DNA from: an uncultured Methanoregulaceae archaeon
GTDB lineage: Archaea; Halobacteriota; Methanomicrobia; Methanomicrobiales; Methanospirillaceae
DNA: 64,000 nt
Assembly (NCBI GenBank): GCA_963730355.1
Contig: CAVSRL010000007.1
Span: 23,517-87,516 of the forward strand
Reading direction: 5' to 3'
The translations under genes were made by a program, and so were the position numbers. The number at the start of each line of letters is the position of its first letter. The stretch's first letter is position 1. Below the pieces are notes generated by a model. The model saw nothing but the letters and a program-made list of their open reading frames with translations, ran no database searches and was not told where the DNA came from. Below, piece after piece: positions 58,073-64,000 of this stretch.

Positions 58073-58682
58073 CTAGCGTTTCTTCGGCGGACGGGGCGGT
58101 TCCTGCTCGTCGGCGAAGATCACTGCGTCCACGTGCCGCCCGCTGCGGTCTCCGGCCGTCCGCGGGCCCTGCCGTCGGTTCTGGGGTCCGTTGGACGCGA
58201 TGATATACTCGTTCTTGCGACGCAGCTCCGGCTTGATCGTCCCGTCGGGCTGCATGATCAGGTCCATCTCTCCGGCAGGGATCGCGGGCGCCGGTTCCGC
58301 GACCACCTGCGGCCGGGACGGGGACGGCGGCAGCGGCGCGAGCTTCCCCGCGTTCCGGGGGCGGACCAGGACCGTGGGCGAGGACGAGGGCGGCTCGACG
58401 GTCCGTCCCGGCCCCGCTCGGGCGGGTGACCGGCCCCTCGTGCCGCTCGGCCGTCTTGGCAAGTTTGAGCGTGAGCGCCTTCAGGTCCAGGACCTCCTCG
58501 GTCAGGCCCTTGACCACGGCCTCGAGCTCCCGAACGCGCCGCTCGAGCGCGCCGATACGGGCGTCCTCGGCGACGGGTGCCGGACCTGGCGTCCGATCGA
58601 CCTCGCGCATCTGCTCGAGCACCCGCTCCTTCTCCTCCAGCTCGTGCTCCAGGTATTTGATCTTCGCATCCTTCATGGCCAT
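58073..58682 (-). CDS. Coiled-coil protein upstream of smc, function unknown
   Basis: MAMKDAKIKYLEHELEEKERVLEQMREV...ELEAVVKGLTEEVLDLKALTLKLAK, then a Pro-rich linker and the C-terminal block EMDLIMQPDGTIKPELRRKNEYIIAS. One frame break near 58430. The stop lies 12 nt before the smc start. Confidence 0.55.
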
Positions 58683-58714
58683 GCGTGCCCTCCGGTGAAA
58701 GATGCGACGGGGAA

Positions 58715-58730
58715 GGTTATATTATTTACA
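58715..58730 (+). promoter_or_regulatory. TATA box for glyA
   Basis: ggttatattatttaca, 40-65 nt upstream of the candidate starts 58771/58795. Confidence 0.4.
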
Positions 58731-58794
58731 ATCCGTATCGGGCAACCCCGGGCCGAAGAAACACTCATACATGCCGGGCTCCAAAATTGTTTAT

Positions 58795-60036
58795 ATGTCG
58801 CACCTTGCCGATGTGGACCCCGAACTCGCGCGTATCATCGAATGCGAGCGGGTCCGCCAGGTGAACGGGCTCGAGCTGATCGCCTCCGAGAACCTCGTGA
58901 GTCGAGCCGTTCTCGAAGCGATGGGCTCGATCATGACGAACAAGTACGCCGAGGGTTACCCGGGCAAGCGGTATTACGGCGGGTGCGAGTTCCATGACCA
59001 GGCCGAGGACCTCGCGCGCGACCGGGTCAAGCAGCTCTTCGGCGCCGAGCATGCGAACGTGCAGCCCCACTCGGGCACCCAGGCGAACATGGCCGTCTAC
59101 TTCTCGGTCATGGAGTGCGGCAAGGACCGGATGATGTCCATGTCGCTGACGCAGGGCGGTCACCTCTCGCACGGCTCTCCGGTCTCGTTCAGCGGCAAGA
59201 TGTACGAGGTCCACCAGTACGGCGTGGACCTTGCCACGGAGACGCTCGACTACGGCGCCGTCGAAGAGCTGGCCCGGAAGGTGAAGCCGAAGGTGATCGT
59301 CTGCGGCGCATCGGCCTACCCGCGCGAGATCGACTTCGGCGCGTTCCAGGAGATCGCGGACGCGGTCGACGCCTACTGTATGGCCGACATCGCGCACATC
59401 GCCGGCCTCTGCGCAGCAGGGATCCACCCGAACCCGACGGGCGTGGTGGACTTCGTCACCTCGACCACGCACAAGACGCTCCGCGGGCCCCGGGGCGGGT
59501 TCATCCTCTGCGGGGCCGATCGGGCACAGCAGGTCGACAAGGCGATCTTCCCGGGGATCCAGGGCGGCCCCCTCATGCACACGATCGCGGCGAAGGCGGT
59601 CTGCTTCAAAGAGGCCCTCGAGCCCTCGTACCGCGACTATGCCCGGCAGGTCGTGAAGAACGCGCAGGCGATGGCCGGGGTCCTCGACGAGGCCGGCCTC
59701 CGGCTCGTCTCGGGCGGGACCGACAACCACCTGATCCTGATCGACCTCTCGAACCGGGGCATCACCGGGCTCGAGGCCGAGGTCGCACTCGGCAAGGCAG
59801 GGATCACGGCCAACAAGAACACGATCCCGAACGAGAACCGCTCCCCGTTCGTGACGAGCGGCCTCCGTATCGGCACGCCCGCGGTCACCTCGCGCGGCAT
59901 GAAGGAGGAGGAGATGCGGCAGGTCGGCGAGTGGATCGCCCGCGTACTCGCGGACATCACGAACGAGGCTGTCATCCGGGACGTCGGGCGCGAGGTCGAG
60001 GCGATGGCCTCGCAGTACCCGCTCCACCCGGCATAA
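58795..60036 (+). CDS. glyA: Serine hydroxymethyltransferase
   Basis: Intact. LELIASEN and the PLP-lysine context [12 protein letters not shown]. An alternative start lies at 58771. Confidence 0.9.
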   Translation: MSHLADVDPELARIIECERVRQVNGLELIASENLVSRAVLEAMGSIMTNKYAEGYPGKRYYGGCEFHDQAEDLARDRVKQLFGAEHANVQPHSGTQANMAVYFSVMECGKDRMMSMSLTQGGHLSHGSPVSFSGKMYEVHQYGVDLATETLDYGAVEELARKVKPKVIVCGASAYPREIDFGAFQEIADAVDAYCMADIAHIAGLCAAGIHPNPTGVVDFVTSTTHKTLRGPRGGFILCGADRAQQVDKAIFPGIQGGPLMHTIAAKAVCFKEALEPSYRDYARQVVKNAQAMAGVLDEAGLRLVSGGTDNHLILIDLSNRGITGLEAEVALGKAGITANKNTIPNENRSPFVTSGLRIGTPAVTSRGMKEEEMRQVGEWIARVLADITNEAVIRDVGREVEAMASQYPLHPA

Positions 60037-60070
60037 CCCAGATATACGACGAGACGGAAGGGAGACAGAC

Positions 60071-60907
60071 ATGGCAACGATCCTCGACGGCAAGGCGGTC
60101 TCGGAGAGGCGGCTCGAACTCCTGCGCGAGACGATCGACGAGTCCGGCCTTCACCCGCGGCTTGCGACCGTGCTGGTCGGAGACGACCCGGCCTCGGCGC
60201 TCTATGTCCGGATGAAGCACCAGGCGTGCGAACGGGTGCATATCGGCTCGATCAACGTGACCCTGCCGGGGGATGCGACAACGGCGCGGATTGCGGAGAC
60301 CGTGCGGAGGCTGAACGAGGACCCCGAGATCAGCGGGATCCTGGTCCAGCTCCCGCTTCCGGCCGGGATCGACCAGGAGGCCGTGATCGGTGCCGTCTCG
60401 CCCGTGAAGGATGTCGACGGCTTTCACCCCTGCAACCTCGGTCGGCTCTTCTCGGGCCGACCGCGCTTCTCCCCCTGCACGCCGGCCGGGATCATGACCC
60501 TGCTCGCGGAGTACGGCATCGATCCGGCGGGCCGGCGCGCGGTCGTCGTCGGCCGGTCGATCGATGTGGGACGACCCATGGCCGCGCTCCTGCTGAACGC
60601 GGACGCGACGGTCACGGTCTGCCACAGCCGGACCGGGGATCTCGCGGCCGTGACCCGTGAGGCCGACCTCCTGGTCGCGGCCGTCGGCCGGGCGCGTTTC
60701 GTGACGGCCGATATGATCCGCGAGGGAGCGGTCGTGGTCGATGTCGGCACCAACCGGGTGGACGGGAAGCTCGTGGGCGACGTCGACTTCGAGACCGTGC
60801 GCGAGCGCGCGGGCGCGATCACGCCCGTGCCCGGCGGGGTCGGACCGATGACGATCGCGACCCTGATGGAGAACACGTTCGCGGCTGCGAGACGGCAGGC
60901 ATGTTGA
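60071..60907 (+). CDS. folD: Bifunctional methylene-tetrahydrofolate dehydrogenase/cyclohydrolase
   Basis: Intact 278 aa. ILDGKAVS...YVRMKHQAC...VQLPLP...GFHPCNLG...[13 protein letters not shown]...PGGVGPMT. Confidence 0.9.
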   Translation: MATILDGKAVSERRLELLRETIDESGLHPRLATVLVGDDPASALYVRMKHQACERVHIGSINVTLPGDATTARIAETVRRLNEDPEISGILVQLPLPAGIDQEAVIGAVSPVKDVDGFHPCNLGRLFSGRPRFSPCTPAGIMTLLAEYGIDPAGRRAVVVGRSIDVGRPMAALLLNADATVTVCHSRTGDLAAVTREADLLVAAVGRARFVTADMIREGAVVVDVGTNRVDGKLVGDVDFETVRERAGAITPVPGGVGPMTIATLMENTFAAARRQAC

Positions 60908-61714
60908 CCTGCACCATAGGCGGCGTCCGGATCGGCCCGGGCGAGCCGGCACGGCTGATGGGCGTCATCAACGGAAGCCCCGAGTCGTTCTACCCGGGCT
61001 CCTATGTGCCCCCGGCCTCGGTGCGGCGGGTGGCCGAACAGCAGGTGGAGGCCGGCGCCGCTATCCTCGACGTCGGCGCCCGCTCGACCGCGCCGGGCAG
61101 CCCCCCGATCACGGCGGCCGAAGAGGCCGGGCGCATGGATGCCCTCCTCGCGGAGCTCGACGGCGCGGGCTTCGTGATCTCGGTCGACACCTCTCGCCCT
61201 GCGGTTCTCGAGACCTGCCTCGGGCACGACGTCCACATGCTCAACGACATCGGCGGCCTCGCGGACCCGATCCTCACCGCGCGCGCGGGAGAGGCGGGCC
61301 TCGCCGCCTGCGGCATGGCCTCGTTCTCGACGCCGGGTGACGCCTGCGGAGTCGAGGCGACGCTCGAGGCGCTCGACCTCGTGGCGGCCAGGGCGGCGGC
61401 CGCCGGGATCGATCGCCTCGATCCTCGACCCCGGGGTCGGCCTCTGGACCGCCGAGAGGACAGTCGAGCACGACTGGGCGCTCTGCTGTGCCTTCGACCG
61501 GTTCACGGCGCTCGACCACCCGGTCCTCGCGGCAATCTCGCGCAAGACGTTCCTCGGAGCGCTGATTCGACGGCCGCCCGAGGAGCGGCTCGCCGCCTCG
61601 CTCGCTGTCACGGCGTCGCTGCTCGCGAAGGGAGCGCACCTCGTCCGCACGCACGACGTCGCCGAGACGGCGGACCTGCTCCGGGTGCGAAACCGGATGG
61701 AGGCCTGCCCGTGA
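60901..61714 (+). CDS. folP: Dihydropteroate synthase (classical DHPS fold)
   Basis: [53 protein letters not shown]. One frame break near 61422. Overlaps the folD end by 7 nt. Confidence 0.8.
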
Positions 61715-62492
61715 CCACCGCCTTCGCGGTCCACGCGCTGGGCACGCGGATCCTCGTTCCCGGCGACGACCTCGCGGGTGCGCTCCTCGACGCGGTCGCC
61801 CGGACCGATGCGGGCGCGCTCCGGGAGGGGGATGTGGTCGTGGTCGCCGAGACTGCGGTCGCGACGGTCGAGGGGAGCGTGATCGCGCTCGACCGAGATC
61901 ACGCCCACGCCCGAGGCGGACGCGCTCGGCCGCCGGTACGCCCTCGACCCGCGGGTCGCACAGGTGGTTCTTGACGAGTCCGACCGGATCGTGGGCGGCA
62001 TCGACGGTTTCCTGCTCTGCCTCAAGAATGGAACCCTCCTGCCGAACGCGGGGGTCGACGGCTCGAACGCCCCGCCGGGGCACGTTACGCCCCTGCCGCG
62101 GAACCCGGACGACTCCGCCAGGCGGCTCAGGGCCGAACTCGAGGCGCGCACCGGCGTTCAGCGTCGGCGTCGTCGTCGCCGACTCCCGGACCCACGCGAT
62201 GCGGCTCGGTTGCTCGGGTGTCGCGATCGGCTGCGCGGGAATACGCGCCGTGATCGACGAGCGGGGGCGGGCCGACCTCTACGGCCGGGTGCTCGAGGTG
62301 ACCAAGCGGGCGGTGGCCGACAACATCGTCTCGGCCGCCGAGCTCGTGATGGGTGAGGCCGACGAGGCGGTCCCGGCCGCGCTGGTCCGGGGCCTCGACC
62401 TCCCGATCGGCGACTGGAGCGGGGTCGAGGGGATCGCGGCCGACGAGTGCCTCTTCATGGGGGCGCTCCGGCCAAAAGAGCAGGGGGAGTGA
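61711..62492 (+). CDS. cofE: Coenzyme F420-0:gamma-glutamyl ligase
   Basis: GTG overlaps the folP stop (GTGA). LPNAGVDGSNAP, VVVADSRTH, ELVMGEADE. Frame breaks near 61896 and 62157. Confidence 0.8.
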
Positions 62493-62494
62493 GG

Positions 62495-63833
62495 GTGGCC
62501 GGCGCCCTCGCGATCCCGAGGATCGTGGTCGGCGCTGCGACGAGCGGGGCCGGCAAGACCACGATCGCGGCCGGGCTGATGGCCGCGCTCACGGCCAGGG
62601 GTCTCGTGGTCCAGCCCTTCAAGGTCGGCCCGGACTTCATCGACCCGACGCACCACACCCGCTGCTGCGGCCGGGCCTGCCGGAACCTCGACCCGTTCAT
62701 GATGGGCGAGGACGGGGTGCGCGAGACCTTCGCCCGGGCCGTCGCCGGGGCCGATATCGCCGTGATCGAGGGCGTGATGGGCCTCCACGACGGCGTCGAC
62801 GGGACCGTGCTCGGGTCGACGGCCCATGTCGCGCGGCTTCTCGAAGCCCCGGTGCTGCTCGCGGTCGATGCAAAGGGGGCGTCCCGGACGGTCCACGCGG
62901 TCGTCCGGGGGGTGGCCGGGTACGATCCCGCTGTCCGCGTGGCCGGCGTCGTCTTCAACCGGATCGGGAGCGCCCGCCACCGCGAGCTGATCGAACGGGG
63001 GCGCGAGCTCCCCGTGCTCGGCTGGATTCCGCGCGACGACGCGCTCTCGGTCCCGAGCCGCCACCTCGGGCTCTCGCTCGCGGACGAGCTCGAATCGCAC
63101 GACGCATTCGGGGACGTGGTCGGCGCGCACGTCGACCTCGACGGAGTGGTCGCGATTGCGCGGTCGGCCCCTCCGCTCACGGTTCCGTCAACGGCCCCTG
63201 TCGCCGGGGGCGATACTCGCCATCGGTGTCGCGCTCGACCGCGCGTTCTGCTTCTACTACGCGGACAACCTGGACCGGCTCCGCGATGCCGGCGCGCACC
63301 TCGTCTTCTTCTCGCCCGCCGCCGATGAGCTTCCTGAGGTCGATGCACTCTATATCGGCGGCGGCTACCCCGAGCTCCACGCCGGGGCACTCGAGGCCGG
63401 TCGGGCGCGCCCTGCAATCGCGCGCGCCGCGGCGGACGGGATGCCGGTGTGGGGCGAGTGCGGCGGGCTCGTCTACCTCTCGCGGTCCCTCGAGACCGAT
63501 GGACGGTCGCACCGGATGTGCGGCGTCCTCCCGGCCGACTCGGCCATGACCGGGGGCATCCGCGGGCTCGGGTACGTCGACGCCACCTGCACCGGAGGCC
63601 CGCTTCCGGTCCTCCACGGCGTCGGCGTGCGTGGCCACGAGTTCCACTACTCGGACTGCTCGCCCGATGCGGACGCGCGGTACGCCCTCGCCCTCTCGCG
63701 CGGGCGCGGCCTCGGCGACGGGCGGGACGGGCTCTGCGAGTACACGACGGTCGCCGGCTACACCCACGCGTACTTCACGGATCGCTTCTGTTCGGCGCTG
63801 GTCGGTGCCGCACGGGCGTACTCACGGCGCTGA
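62495..63833 (+). CDS. cbiA: Cobyrinate (or Ni-sirohydrochlorin) a,c-diamide synthase
   Basis: P-loop SGAGKTT and the C-terminal glutamine amidotransferase WGECGGLVYL. A frame break in the G5 run near 63208. CbiA versus CfbB cannot be decided by eye. Confidence 0.8.
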
Positions 63834-63890
63834 CCGAGACCATTCCATATATATCCGCCTCGCCAACCATTCAACTGGGGAGTTACGTTC

Positions 63891-64000
63891 ATGCGCACCG
63901 GGTTCGCCATCTCATCCTTCTGTCTGAACGACATGCCGCTCGAGATGGCGCTCGACCGCCTCTCAACGCTCACGGACAGCGTCGAGATCATGGACGAGGG
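63891..64000 (+). CDS. Partial ORF, possibly a xylose-isomerase-like TIM-barrel (sugar phosphate isomerase/epimerase) protein
   Basis: Only 36 codons (MRTGFAISSFCLNDMPLEMALDRLSTLTDSVEIMDE) before the window ends. catatatat box about 40 nt upstream. Confidence 0.35.
   Translation, partial: MRTGFAISSFCLNDMPLEMALDRLSTLTDSVEIMDE

Overview
GC-rich archaeal chromosome segment. The archaeal information-processing genes (PCNA, PriL, AglB, Sec61-beta, proteasome beta, aCPSF1, SMC/ScpA), the F420/corrinoid cofactor genes and the 16S sequence look like a Methanomicrobiales (Methanoculleus-like) methanogen. That assignment rests on motif and sequence recognition only; no search was run. I can support about 55 protein-coding loci, one minus-strand rRNA operon (16S - tRNA-Ala - 23S - tRNA-Cys - 5S) and a tRNA-Thr. 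Left to right the window holds: cls and small membrane/accessory genes; a ~4.6-kb stretch bounded by tRNA-Thr and a 15-nt copy of its 3' end; a six-gene bacterial-type acetyl-CoA synthase/corrinoid Fe-S operon with no CODH subunit but with a core-MetE-like methyltransferase; cdc48-hsp20; a sugar-phosphate cluster (pgk, PPi-type pfk, class I fba, class I fbp) followed by an FBP aldolase/phosphatase homologue whose catalytic residues are substituted; nudC, priL, pcn, rlmE, moaA, a badly broken asnB and a broken repeat lipoprotein; DUF2207-lemA, rhodanese, aglB, sec61-beta; amidohydrolase, usp, CBS, psmB, aCPSF1, MFS; the rRNA operon with a tandem TATA array; scpA-smc with an upstream coiled-coil gene; and a tightly coupled glyA-folD-folP-cofE-cbiA string. 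About 45 single-base frame breaks (hand count) interrupt otherwise well-conserved genes across the window, often in G/C/T homopolymers. Many coordinates below are therefore frame-merged reconstructions. The long track ORFs that run antisense to these genes are GC-driven artefacts.
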